A DNA stretch of 64,000 nt from Methanotrichaceae archaeon (GCA_963748825.1 CAVVKN010000006.1:124149-188148), one strand, 5' to 3'. Shown: positions 49,175 through 59,096, numbered from the stretch's first letter. Numbers and translations: made by a program. The notes: generated from the sequence alone by a model not told the origin.

Positions 49175-49437
49175 TTGCGCTGGAGATCGTCAAGAGACTG
49201 GAAACCGCGAGAGAGCAATTGCGAAGCTACCGAAGATGAGCGGAAGGACACAAACTAACGGCCTGCTAGCTCGAAATGCTACCCCATTCGATCAGCTACC
49301 GAGCCCCGGCCCGATGGTCACCGGCCCACCCGAGCACGCCGCCCACGTGCGGGCGTACGAGCGCGGGCAGGCGCATGCGGGCCCCGGGGGCGAGCGGCTC
49401 GGCGTCCCAAAGGCAGCGCACGAGAACGGGAGGCGAG
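49175..49437 (+). repeat. Decayed hsdM-like tail plus GC-rich element family 1, full copy
   Basis: About 260 bp colinear with 46641-46916. Confidence 0.8.
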
Positions 49438-49571
49438 CCGGGGAAGGCGTCAAGGGCAGCGAGCAGAAAAGACTTCTTGGCCGGTTTTGCCTAATATTTT
49501 ATGACAAATCCGAATATAAGTCTCACATCATATTTATTTACTATCCGGAGCTTTGTACATCAGAGGAGAAA

Positions 49572-49865
49572 ATGAAAACCCTTCAAGAGATCGAAAGTAT
49601 TCTTAGAGACCAGAAGCCAATCCTCAGGCAAAGGTTTAAGGTCAAAGAGATCGGCATCTTTGGCTCTTTCGCGCGAGGCGAACAGAAGGATACAAGCGAT
49701 CTGGATTTGCTCATCGATTTTGAGGAGCCGATCGGCCTCATTCGTTATGTGGGATTGCAGAACTATTTGAGCGACGAGGTCGGAGAGCGAGTGGATCTGG
49801 TCACAAAGTCAGGCCTAAAGCCGAGAATAAGCGGGCATATCCTGAAAGAGGTAATTTACGTATGA
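49572..49865 (+). CDS. Minimal nucleotidyltransferase (MNT antitoxin); HEPN partner truncated
   Basis: GIFGSFARGE...SDLDLLID, VDLVT; followed by an overlapping ATG AAG GAA CGG GAT (MKERD) that then loses HEPN similarity. Confidence 0.88.
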   Translation: MKTLQEIESILRDQKPILRQRFKVKEIGIFGSFARGEQKDTSDLDLLIDFEEPIGLIRYVGLQNYLSDEVGERVDLVTKSGLKPRISGHILKEVIYV

Positions 49866-50178
49866 AGGAACGGGATTCATCGTTTCCCTTTGGATCATTT
49901 ACCATTCTTGCCATCCTGATCTCCATGCTACTTCATGCAAAAGGAATTCAATAGCTCTGGCCTTCCTTTTAATCTAATCTCTTTTTGATTTCATGAAAAT
50001 GCTTGATTTCCAAATCTCCAGACATTTACTAATTAACACGCGTTAATAAATTGTCATTAATCCATTTATCATACTAATATGAGAAAAGTTCTTAAATTAA
50101 GCGTCTTAATCTAACATACATAGGAGAAATTAATATGAAAGGAACTATTGACATTTGCCGTACTCGGGGGCCCCTCTT

Positions 50179-51738
50179 ATGAGCCGCCTCCCCCTGCTAG
50201 GGTTTGCTGCCGCAGGCCTTCTGCTACTCGTCTTCTGCAGCGGCTCCGTGAGCGCGGCTGACACAGTAGACGTGCTCACTATCGCTGATGCTACAGGCGA
50301 CTGGGGCTTTCCCTCACCCTACGGCCACTACTCTCGTGGCCCCGGCTACATCCGCATGAGCCTGATCTTTGATACCCTCATCTGGAAAGATGACCGCGGC
50401 TTTGTGCCTGCTCTGGCGGAAAGCTGGGAGTACCTTGCTGATGAGAATGCTTACCTCTTCCATCTTCGCGAGGGCGTGACCTGGAACGACGGCCAGCCCT
50501 TCAGCGCTCAGGATGTCGCGTTCACCGTGCAGTACATCAAGGACCATCCCTATCAGTGGATCGACTCCAGTATTATAAAGAGTGCTGAGGCCATAGATGA
50601 TAAAACTGTCAAGATCACCCTCATGAAGGATTATGCGCCTTTCTTAGACCAGGTGGCAGGCACTTTGCCCATCATGCCCGAGCATGTTTACAAGGATGTG
50701 AGCGATCCGGCCGGATTCAAGGACGCGGCGGCTCTTACGGGCACAGGCCCCTTCAAGTTGGTCAATTACGACAAGACGCAAGGCACTTACCTCTACGAGG
50801 CCAATGAGAACTACTATCAGGGTGCGCCCAAGGTCAAGCAGATCAAGTTCGTGAAAATCAGCCTGGAGATGTCCGCTGCCGCCTTAGAGAAGGGTGATGT
50901 GGATGCTGCGGCTGTGCCGGGCGAGACCGTCAAGGATCTGAAAAAGGAAGGCTATGCTGCAGTGGCGGCCTCTCATGACTGGGTGGCCAAGATCATGGTC
51001 AATCACATGAAAGCGCCTTTCTCTGATGCCAAGTTCCGCCAGGCTCTTTACTATGCCATAGACCGGCAGGACCTGGTGGATACAGGCCTTAGAGGCTACG
51101 GCCTGGCAGGCAGCCCCGGTCTTTATGCCTCCGATAACCAGTGGTACAATCCCGACCAGGAGCAGTATCCTTTCGATCCGGCAAAGGCCGGCCAGCTTTT
51201 AGACGAGCTGGGATACACTAAGAAAGAAGGCAGCCAGTATTACAGCAAGGTCAGCAAGCCCGAGGAGATCGAGCTCTTAGTTACAGCCACCACGGAGCGG
51301 CAGGGGGAGCTGATTGTAAAGCAGCTTGACGCTGCCGGCTTCAAGGTAAATTTGCGCAGCGTCGACTCAAAGACCCTGGACAGCCTCGTCGGTGCCTGGC
51401 AGTTCGATCTGGCTCTGAGCGGCCACGGTGGTCTGGGCGGCGATCCGGCCATTCTAAATAAAGTTGTCCTGGATCAGAAGAGCTTCAACAGCGCCCGCTA
51501 CAATGAGGACACGAAGCTATGTGACCTCTTGGAAGAGCAGCTAGATGAGATGGACCCTGCTCATAGAAAGGAGCTGGTAGATCGGGCCCAGGAGCTCCTA
51601 GCGCAGGACCTTCCTGCCCTGCCCCTCTACTACACGGATTCCTACTGGGCGTCCAACGACAAGGTTAGTTACTACTACACTTATGGCGGCGTAGGAAGCG
51701 GAGTCCCAATAGCCTTGAACAAGATGATCTTCGTTTGA
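50179..51738 (+). CDS. ABC peptide/nickel substrate-binding protein (family 5)
   Basis: IFDTL, PALAESW, FHLREGVTWNDGQPFSAQDVAFT, GTGPFKL, KFRQAL. Confidence 0.92.
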   Translation: MSRLPLLGFAAAGLLLLVFCSGSVSAADTVDVLTIADATGDWGFPSPYGHYSRGPGYIRMSLIFDTLIWKDDRGFVPALAESWEYLADENAYLFHLREGVTWNDGQPFSAQDVAFTVQYIKDHPYQWIDSSIIKSAEAIDDKTVKITLMKDYAPFLDQVAGTLPIMPEHVYKDVSDPAGFKDAAALTGTGPFKLVNYDKTQGTYLYEANENYYQGAPKVKQIKFVKISLEMSAAALEKGDVDAAAVPGETVKDLKKEGYAAVAASHDWVAKIMVNHMKAPFSDAKFRQALYYAIDRQDLVDTGLRGYGLAGSPGLYASDNQWYNPDQEQYPFDPAKAGQLLDELGYTKKEGSQYYSKVSKPEEIELLVTATTERQGELIVKQLDAAGFKVNLRSVDSKTLDSLVGAWQFDLALSGHGGLGGDPAILNKVVLDQKSFNSARYNEDTKLCDLLEEQLDEMDPAHRKELVDRAQELLAQDLPALPLYYTDSYWASNDKVSYYYTYGGVGSGVPIALNKMIFV

Positions 51739-51900
51739 GGATGAGACAGAGACTGCGGCGGATGGGCCGCAGCAAGTTTTTTTATAATTATTTCGCCAAT
51801 TTTTCCTGGAATTCATGCGAAAGAGTCTTAAATGATAGACTTAAATGCTATTATAGTATTACCTTATCTGACTGAATATATGTAATTATCACTAAATGCA

Positions 51901-52380
51901 ATGGCGATGATGATATTGGCAGAAGAAATAAGTTCCATGATCCTTAGTCCCATCGGAGTAATCCATACTCCCTACGCCAGGCGGGAAGATATCCCCCGTC
52001 AGGGAAGGCTCTCCTCTGAGTTATGCGAGATCGAGGTCTTTTTGGAGTTTGCTCCTGCACTCAAGGACATTGAGCAGTGCACGCACCTTTTCGTTATCTT
52101 CTGGCTGCATCTGGCGGATCGCAGTCGTCTCACGGCTACTCCTCCCCTCGATGGCAAAGAGCACGGTGTCTTTGCCACCCGCTCCCCGAACCGCCCCAAT
52201 CCGCTGGCCCTGGACATTGTCGAGCTGCAAGAGATCAAGGGAAACCGGCTGACAGTGAGAGGCATGGACGCCCTGGATGGTTCCCTCCTCCTGGACATCA
52301 AGCCCTACTCGGCAGGAATCGACTCCTTCCCTCAGGCCAGGATCGCCTGGCAGAAGGATGGCGGTCATAAGGGAGACTGA
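51901..52380 (+). CDS. tsaA: TsaA/TrmO (YaeB)-family SAM-binding protein
   Basis: PIGVIHTPY, GVFATRSPNRPNP, DALDGS.LLDIKPY. Confidence 0.9.
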   Translation: MAMMILAEEISSMILSPIGVIHTPYARREDIPRQGRLSSELCEIEVFLEFAPALKDIEQCTHLFVIFWLHLADRSRLTATPPLDGKEHGVFATRSPNRPNPLALDIVELQEIKGNRLTVRGMDALDGSLLLDIKPYSAGIDSFPQARIAWQKDGGHKGD

Positions 52381-52449
52381 ACAGTGGTGAAGCATGAGAC
52401 GGGAATTGAGGCGTGGTGAAGAACAAGGGTGCAATAAAGGGGTGGAAAA

Positions 52450-53496
52450 GTGAATAGTACAAGAGCCGAATGCTGCCTTCCGGAACAGGAACGAAAGCCC
52501 AGCTTTTGGAAAATATTGGGAAATAATCTCTTTCCTGCTTGTCTTCACAGCTATCTCATCGCCTTAGGCGCCATCTTCTCACTCAACTTCATTCTTCCCC
52601 GGCTCATGCCCGGCGATCCGTTACATGCCATCTATGGTGATGAAGCCCTGGTGGCCATGACCGACGAGATGGAGGCCCAGTTGATCAGGCAGTTTTCCCT
52701 GGATAAGTCCTGGTGGGATCAAATGCTGGCCTATGTCATGGGCCTTATGCAGGGTGACCTCGGCTTTTCCTACTACTACAGAGAACAGGTTTCTCAGGTC
52801 ATAGTAGGCGCTCTGCCCTGGACTCTTCTCCTCGCCGGCCTGGCCCTGATCATAGCAACCGCAATCGGCATCATCCTGGGAATAGAATCCGGGTACCGGC
52901 GCGGCTCCTCTCTGGACCGCGGCCTGGTTGCATCTCTCATGTTCCTGGGAGGCTTTCCCGATTTCTTCATCGGCATCCTGCTGCTTCTCATCTTTGCCGT
53001 GAGCCTGGATGTACTGCCCCTCTCCGGTGCGACCACACCTTACGCCGGATACAAGGGTTTTGATTACATCTTCGATCTTCTCAAGCACCTGGCTCTTCCT
53101 CTGGCTTCCATGGTCCTGGTGCAGCTGGGCAGCATCTTCCTTTTAACCAGAAACACCATCGTCACGCTGCTGGGAGAGTCTTTCATACTCATCGCCCGTG
53201 CCAAAGGCTGCTCTGAAGAGTGCATTAAATACTCTCATGCCGGCAGAAACTCTCTTCTGCCTTTGACCACTGCCACCGGCATGCGCATCCCCCATCTGAT
53301 CACAGGCGCGCTCTTCATCGAGATCGTCTTCTCATATCCCGGCGTGGGCTCACTTCTCAACACTGCCATAGGTGCCCGTGACTATCCACTCATTCAGGGA
53401 ATACTTCTCATAGTCACCGTGACCGTGCTGACCGCCAACTTTCTCGTAGATCTTCTCTACACGAGGCTTGATCCGAGGGTGAGATATGCACATTGA
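52450..53496 (+). CDS. ABC permease (DppB/NikB family)
   Basis: LMPGDP, GDLGFS, ARAKG, EIVFSYPGVG, RDYPLIQG, LDPRV. Confidence 0.93.
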   Translation: MNSTRAECCLPEQERKPSFWKILGNNLFPACLHSYLIALGAIFSLNFILPRLMPGDPLHAIYGDEALVAMTDEMEAQLIRQFSLDKSWWDQMLAYVMGLMQGDLGFSYYYREQVSQVIVGALPWTLLLAGLALIIATAIGIILGIESGYRRGSSLDRGLVASLMFLGGFPDFFIGILLLLIFAVSLDVLPLSGATTPYAGYKGFDYIFDLLKHLALPLASMVLVQLGSIFLLTRNTIVTLLGESFILIARAKGCSEECIKYSHAGRNSLLPLTTATGMRIPHLITGALFIEIVFSYPGVGSLLNTAIGARDYPLIQGILLIVTVTVLTANFLVDLLYTRLDPRVRYAH

Positions 53497-54349
53497 TCCT
53501 CTGGAAGAGATCTCTCATGATCCGCTGGCAAAAATTGGTCTGTTTATGCTGGCTACAGTCACGCTCCTGGCAGTCTTTGCCCCCCTGCTCTCCAGCTATT
53601 CGCCGCACGACTACACCGGCAAAATCTTCAGCCCTCCAACATTGGATCATCCGCTGGGAACCGACTCCATGGGCCAGGATATCTGGGTGAGACTTCTTTA
53701 CGGAGCCAGGACATCTCTGTTTGTTGCTGTGGCTGTAGCCCTCCTCTCCGCCTCATTAAGTGTGCTTGTCGGAGCTACGGCTGCGCTTGCCGGCGGCCTT
53801 TTTGAGCGCGTTTGCATGAGAATCGTGGACGCCGTGATCTCCCTTCCAACCATAATCGTGATGATACTGGTGGCCGCATACATCAGGCCCAGCCTGCCGC
53901 TCTTAATCCTGCTCATATCTGCCTTCTCCTGGCCGGGTGGAGCCAGGATTGTTCGATCTTGCGTCCTCTCTCTAAAAGAGAAGATGCACATCAATGCCGC
54001 TCGAACTTTTGGCGCCGACAGGAGGCACATTGTATTCACGCATTTAATACCGGACCTCTCCCCCATCATCTCAGCCCTTATGATGCAGGATGCGAGAAGG
54101 GCGGTCTTCATGGAGGCTGGACTTGCATTTCTGGGTGTGTCCGATCCTATGGTTATCAGCTGGGGAAAGATGATGCATCAGGCCCTGGCTTTCACCTATC
54201 TTGATGTCTGGCAGTGGTGGCTGGTTCCTACCGGCCTCGCCCTCTCGGCAACACTGATCGGCATCAGCTTTCTCTCCATCAGCCTGGAGACGGCCATGGA
54301 CCCAAGGCTGAGAAAAGACAATGCGAGAGACAATGTGAGGTATGGATAA
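53486..54349 (+). CDS. ABC permease (DppC/NikC family)
   Basis: HPLGTDSMGQD, YGARTSL, ARIVR, EAGLAFLG. Confidence 0.93.
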   Translation: MHIDPLEEISHDPLAKIGLFMLATVTLLAVFAPLLSSYSPHDYTGKIFSPPTLDHPLGTDSMGQDIWVRLLYGARTSLFVAVAVALLSASLSVLVGATAALAGGLFERVCMRIVDAVISLPTIIVMILVAAYIRPSLPLLILLISAFSWPGGARIVRSCVLSLKEKMHINAARTFGADRRHIVFTHLIPDLSPIISALMMQDARRAVFMEAGLAFLGVSDPMVISWGKMMHQALAFTYLDVWQWWLVPTGLALSATLIGISFLSISLETAMDPRLRKDNARDNVRYG

Positions 54350-56061
54350 TGCTCTCTATCAGAGACCTTAAGGTATCTTTCGCCAAGACGCAGATATTGA
54401 GGGGAGTTGACCTTCATCTTGAGAGGGGAGAATGTCTTGCCCTCGTAGGAGAATCGGGCGCCGGAAAGACCACATTGGGGCTGTCCATCATGGGGCTGGC
54501 CCGAGGATCCGCAACAGGGGAGATCTCTTTTCAGGAAAAGAACCTCCTGGCGATCTCAGAGGAGGAACTCAGGCAACTAAGGGGCCGAGAGATGGCCATG
54601 GTCTTTCAGAATGTAGAGGATGCGCTGGACCCAGTGCAGCGAATAGAGGATCAGATTGCAGAAGCGATAATGGTTCATCGCAGCATCAGCGCCAAAAATG
54701 CAATCGATATGGCTCTAAGGCATCTGCTCTCTGTGGGTCTGAACAACGAGAAAGCCAGGCTGTATCCCCATCAGCTCAGCGGAGGAGAAAGGCAGAGGGT
54801 GCTCATCGCCATGGCCCTCGTCAATGATCCTGATCTTTTGATACTGGATGAGCCAACGGCATCTCTTGACGCGCTTACCAAGGCGGATATCATAAGGTTA
54901 TTTCGGTCTGCTATTCTGGGAAGGATCTGCATCGTCATAACGCACGATATCTCCCTGGCGGCAGCTCTTGCTGATAGGATGGCCGTACTTTATGCCGGCC
55001 GGATCGTTGAGATGGGAAGAGCTGAGGATTTGATAAGAGATCCGCGTCATCCCTATACTCGAGGCTTGATTCGCTCCTATCCGGATATGACCACAACCAA
55101 AGACCTGCAAGGAATACCGGGGCGATTGGTGCATGGCCTTTCAGGCTGTCCATTCCATGGGCGCTGCACTCAAAGGATTGAGATTTGCAGCCGGGAAATT
55201 CCGCCCCAAATTGATAAGGAAGGACGGATGGTTGCCTGCCACAGAGGCGGCATTGTGCCTCTTCTCGAAATCAAGAGCCTGAGCCACGCTTTCAATGGCA
55301 ATTATGTGCTGCAGGATGTGTTTCTCACTCTTTATGAAGGCGAGACGCTGGCCCTGGTGGGAGAGAGCGGTTCGGGCAAAAGCACTCTGTCAAAGACGAT
55401 TATGGGCCTTCACGAGCCAGATCGGGGGCAGTTCATCTTAGAGGGCTGCAGAGTAATCAAGAGGGACGCTGCTTTTTACAGACGGGTGCAGATGATCTTC
55501 CAGAATCCTAAGGAGTCGGTTAGCCATCGCATGAATGTGCTGGATGCAGTGCTCGAGCCCCTACAGGTGCAGAGAAAGGGCAGTCACGAGGCGCAGCTTA
55601 GAAGGGCAAAAGAGGTCGTGGACCTTGTCGAGCTGCCGAATGATGACGATTTTCTCAAGAAATACCCGCATCAGCTCAGCGGCGGCGAGGTGCAGCGGGT
55701 GGCTATAGCCAGGGCTTTGGCACTCGGTCCCAAGCTGCTGATTGCCGACGAGCCTACCTCTGCTCTGGACCCGAGCGTACAGGCCAAAATTTTGAAGCTC
55801 CTCATGAATCTGCAGGAGAAGATGGGCCTGTCTATACTCTTTATCACCCATGACATTGCTCTGGCCAGAAGGGTAAGCGATCGCATGGCGGTGATGCACA
55901 AAGGCCGAATTGTGGAGGAAGGGGCGACAAATATGGTCCTCGGTCATCCCCAACATCCCTATACCAGAAGACTTGTGGATTGTGCTTCGGGAAGATATGA
56001 GATGGAAAATAATGAGATTCAAATAGTTGTTGAACCTGTCTCCCTGGAAAAATATTGTTGA
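54349..56061 (+). CDS. ABC ATP-binding protein, fused DppD-DppF
   Basis: Two GESG(A/S)GK Walker A, two YPHQLSGG and two DEPT motifs. Confidence 0.94.
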   Translation: MLSIRDLKVSFAKTQILRGVDLHLERGECLALVGESGAGKTTLGLSIMGLARGSATGEISFQEKNLLAISEEELRQLRGREMAMVFQNVEDALDPVQRIEDQIAEAIMVHRSISAKNAIDMALRHLLSVGLNNEKARLYPHQLSGGERQRVLIAMALVNDPDLLILDEPTASLDALTKADIIRLFRSAILGRICIVITHDISLAAALADRMAVLYAGRIVEMGRAEDLIRDPRHPYTRGLIRSYPDMTTTKDLQGIPGRLVHGLSGCPFHGRCTQRIEICSREIPPQIDKEGRMVACHRGGIVPLLEIKSLSHAFNGNYVLQDVFLTLYEGETLALVGESGSGKSTLSKTIMGLHEPDRGQFILEGCRVIKRDAAFYRRVQMIFQNPKESVSHRMNVLDAVLEPLQVQRKGSHEAQLRRAKEVVDLVELPNDDDFLKKYPHQLSGGEVQRVAIARALALGPKLLIADEPTSALDPSVQAKILKLLMNLQEKMGLSILFITHDIALARRVSDRMAVMHKGRIVEEGATNMVLGHPQHPYTRRLVDCASGRYEMENNEIQIVVEPVSLEKYC

Positions 56062-56104
56062 TCAGATAGAACTTTTGAATCCGAAGAATGAAGAGGTGTC
56101 GTAT

Positions 56105-56695
56105 ATGGATGAAAGATCTCTTGATACTGATTTGAGAAAGGCGGTTGAATTTCACGGTCATCTGTGTCCTGGCCTGGCCATAGGCTACAGAGTTGCCAGA
56201 TACGTCAAAGAGCACTACCCCCGGTCAGAGGACGAGGAGCTGGTCTGTATTGCCGAGAATAACTCCTGCAGCGTTGATGCGGTACAATCACTTTTGGGCT
56301 GCACCTTTGGCAAGGGCAATTTAATCTACAGAGACCATGGAAAGCACGCTTTCACCTTCTACTCCAGGGGGGACGGCATGGCTCTAAGGGTCTACTTCAA
56401 GGCGGATTTGTCCAGCAGCATGGATGATCTGCGGGCCAGGTACTTCCAGGGAACGCTAAATGAGCAGGATAAGGAGAGGTTTGAGACTCTTCGAGAACAG
56501 ATCGTGCAGCATATGATCACCGCGCCCGACGATGAGCTTCTTTCCATCAGCCAGTTAGAGATACCTGAGCCGGAGAAGGCAAGGATCTATCCATCCCTCA
56601 AATGCCAGGAGTGCGGCGAGGGGTTCATGGAAATCTGCGGCCGGACGGCAGAAGGGAAGGTGCTCTGCCAGGAGTGCTTTGAGCGCCTGGCTTAG
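56105..56695 (+). CDS. fmdE: FmdE/FwdE-family protein with C-terminal zinc finger
   Basis: FHGHLCPGLAIGYR, ENNSCSVDAVQ, GCTFGKGNL, CQECGE...LCQEC. Confidence 0.9.
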   Translation: MDERSLDTDLRKAVEFHGHLCPGLAIGYRVARYVKEHYPRSEDEELVCIAENNSCSVDAVQSLLGCTFGKGNLIYRDHGKHAFTFYSRGDGMALRVYFKADLSSSMDDLRARYFQGTLNEQDKERFETLREQIVQHMITAPDDELLSISQLEIPEPEKARIYPSLKCQECGEGFMEICGRTAEGKVLCQECFERLA

Positions 56696-56729
56696 CTGAG
56701 GTGCAGAAGTCGCCACATAGTCGTCTCTA

Positions 56730-58334
56730 CTATGCCTTTCTCGTCCCAAAGACCTTTTTTAATAGGCCGCTTGCCTTTTTCTCCCCGGGTCTTTTTGCCT
56801 TAGCTCCCGCTGGAGATGCCGGGGGAGTACCTGCTCTTTTTTCCGTACCCCGAGAAGCACGGGTTCCGGTAGTTGCAGCCTTCTCTTTGATCACAATCTG
56901 AGTGCTCACGCCACCGTGTCTGGATTTCCTGGGCCGGATATCGACTGTGATGGGCCTTTCGATCTCATTGCTCACCAGCATGGCCACGCCTGCCGGCAGC
57001 CTCTTGATCTCCTCCTCCAGCTCGCCCGTCATTCCCTCCAGGCCTTTGGAGAGCGCCTTGAGGTCATTGGGATTGGTGACCCTCATAATGATCTGTGTGT
57101 TGCACTGAGAGATGACGTTCTTGTCCACACGGGCCGGCCTCTGGCTGATGATCATCAGCCCCAGGCCAAATTTTCTGCCTTCAGCGGCAATGGTGCGCAC
57201 AATGCTGGTGGAAGCGGCGTTTCCTGTGCCCCGCTCCGGGATGTAGTTGTGGGCTTCTTCTACCACTACCATTCCTGGCGAGACCAGCCTGCGCTTTCTG
57301 GCCTCAAAGACATCTGTTAAGAGTCGAGATACGATCATGGCCTGCAGTTCTGGGAGGATGCCGGTCATGTCGATGACGGCAGCCCTTCCCGGTCGCAAGA
57401 GCTCCTCCACAGGCGTCTCCGCTCCCGAGAAGAGGCCCAGCTCCAGGAGCGACTCAAGCTGGCCTACTAAATTCCACTTTACCTTGGAATTACTGCGTAC
57501 TACCTGCTCTATGATGTCCTCCAGAGTATAGGCATCCGTCTCCGCCCGCAGGGCGCTGATGGCCTCGTAGAGCAATCCCAACTGGCCGCTGCTGCTGCTC
57601 TCATGGGGAATCATCTTCGCCACCTCTCGGGCAGACATGTTCAGTCCGTTAAAGCGAAAAGGCCGGTCGGCTCTCGGGTTCATGGCCATTTCTCCAGGAG
57701 TGTAGATAGTGGCATCATAGCCCCGCGGCTTGACCTTATATTTGGAAAAGTCGCCCACTTTGTTGGGCTCCTTCATGGAGGCGTACTCGCCGTGGGGATC
57801 GATGATGAGCAGAGCCACCTTTCTTTCCAGCAGCTCCTCCAAAATAACCGCCGCCGTATAGGATTTTCCGGAACCGGTTTTGGCGAGTACGCTGCAGTGC
57901 TTTTGTACCAGGGTATTGGCATCCAGCTCCACCCGGATATCATAGCCCCGCAACATGCCGATGTACATATCTCCCTTGGCCAGGCCCAGAGTTGCCTTGA
58001 TCAGTTTTTCGTCGGCTATGAAGACCGGATCTCCCGGACGGGCAGGACTGGTGGGAAGATGCAGCTTGCCGTTACTTGTCACACCGATAACCCTGGCCTC
58101 GGCTATCATCATCTCTCTAGAATCATAATTTCGGGCGGCATCATTGAGCTGGTTTGCGCTGTAGGCGGAGTTGGACCGTTTGATGTCCTCCACCTGGGCG
58201 AGGGCCCACTCCCTCCCATCTGCTTTGGCCTTGATGTAAGTGCCTCGACCTACCTCTTTGTTTATAATGAACTTAAATGCAAATGGATTGGTTTCACCAA
58301 CAATTGTGCCGACCGATCCCTTTGCTATCGACAT
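56730..58334 (-). CDS. herA: HerA/FtsK-family ATPase (HAS barrel + DUF87)
   Basis: HCSVLAKTGSGKS, IIDPHGEY, VVEEAH, EGRKFG, SQRP. Confidence 0.85.
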   Translation of the reverse strand: MSIAKGSVGTIVGETNPFAFKFIINKEVGRGTYIKAKADGREWALAQVEDIKRSNSAYSANQLNDAARNYDSREMMIAEARVIGVTSNGKLHLPTSPARPGDPVFIADEKLIKATLGLAKGDMYIGMLRGYDIRVELDANTLVQKHCSVLAKTGSGKSYTAAVILEELLERKVALLIIDPHGEYASMKEPNKVGDFSKYKVKPRGYDATIYTPGEMAMNPRADRPFRFNGLNMSAREVAKMIPHESSSSGQLGLLYEAISALRAETDAYTLEDIIEQVVRSNSKVKWNLVGQLESLLELGLFSGAETPVEELLRPGRAAVIDMTGILPELQAMIVSRLLTDVFEARKRRLVSPGMVVVEEAHNYIPERGTGNAASTSIVRTIAAEGRKFGLGLMIISQRPARVDKNVISQCNTQIIMRVTNPNDLKALSKGLEGMTGELEEEIKRLPAGVAMLVSNEIERPITVDIRPRKSRHGGVSTQIVIKEKAATTGTRASRGTEKRAGTPPASPAGAKAKRPGEKKASGLLKKVFGTRKA

Positions 58335-58722
58335 CAAGGGCTATCACCGCTAAAGCGTGCCAAACGATCATTTTTATTTTTCTTTAAATGAATGCTATGT
58401 CTTGGTGCTTTTCTTCTCGCTATTATTTTGCATCGCCTTCCTGCTACATTCCCATTTTCAATACGTATCTTGAAGTATAAAAAGATTGGTCCAAATGCAG
58501 GCTAGTCAGTTGCATAGGCAATTAATTTAATATAATCATGCACTGAGCTATAAAGCTACGCACTTTGCCTTATTATGCTCAGCAATTAATTATCATTATT
58601 TGCTTTTTGCTGTAGAAGTGAGGTGTCTTGTCCCACCTGGGCGAACATTTTGAAAAATATTATTAATTTGACAATGAAACTAAACATTATCTCGCCCAGG
58701 TCATCGTCTTGATCTTGTGCGA

Positions 58723-58971
58723 TCAATCCTTCGACAATGATTCATTGACTTTTTTGATGGTTTCCAGTAGATCTGCGCCTTTCTGCGTAGTATTGTATAG
58801 CGTTTGCTCTCCTTTGCCAACCTCAATCAGATTATTTTTCATAAGAATTTCTAAATAAGGATTTATCGTTCGGAAGTTGAGATTCACCTGGTATACTATT
58901 CTTGTCTTGCTGGCACTTTCTAGGCACACCTCCAGAATTTGGGCGATGATCTCTTGTTTGCTTCTTTTCAT
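58723..58971 (-). CDS. Small winged-helix transcriptional regulator
   Basis: RSKQEIIAQIL...SKTRIVYQVNLNF...YL...TQKG. Confidence 0.85.
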   Translation of the reverse strand: MKRSKQEIIAQILEVCLESASKTRIVYQVNLNFRTINPYLEILMKNNLIEVGKGEQTLYNTTQKGADLLETIKKVNESLSKD

Positions 58972-59096
58972 AGCATTCCTCCGGGAAAATCTAAGATAAT
59001 GATGTCGCTCAGCCCAGGCATTTCGCCATTGGGAGCTAGTTTGTAGATCAGATTATTCCGTTTGAGTTCTATATATTTTTTCTTGTGGGAAGAGTC

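Noticed and set aside
49236-49571. N-terminal extension of the MNT ORF and other short ORFs over the GC-rich repeats (46541-47085, 48051-48384)
   Set aside because: They run through the repeat element and the frame is not preserved in all copies; the real MNT start with an RBS is at 49572.
9750-49900. Intact IS, transposase or integrase explaining the accessory regions
   Set aside because: No DDE, HUH, serine or tyrosine recombinase ORF was recognised in the window.
56730-58334. HerA as part of a Sir2-HerA/Nezha-type defence system or a herA-nurA-mre11-rad50 operon
   Set aside because: No nuclease, Sir2, NurA or Mre11 partner adjacent in the window; treated as a stand-alone HerA-family ATPase.
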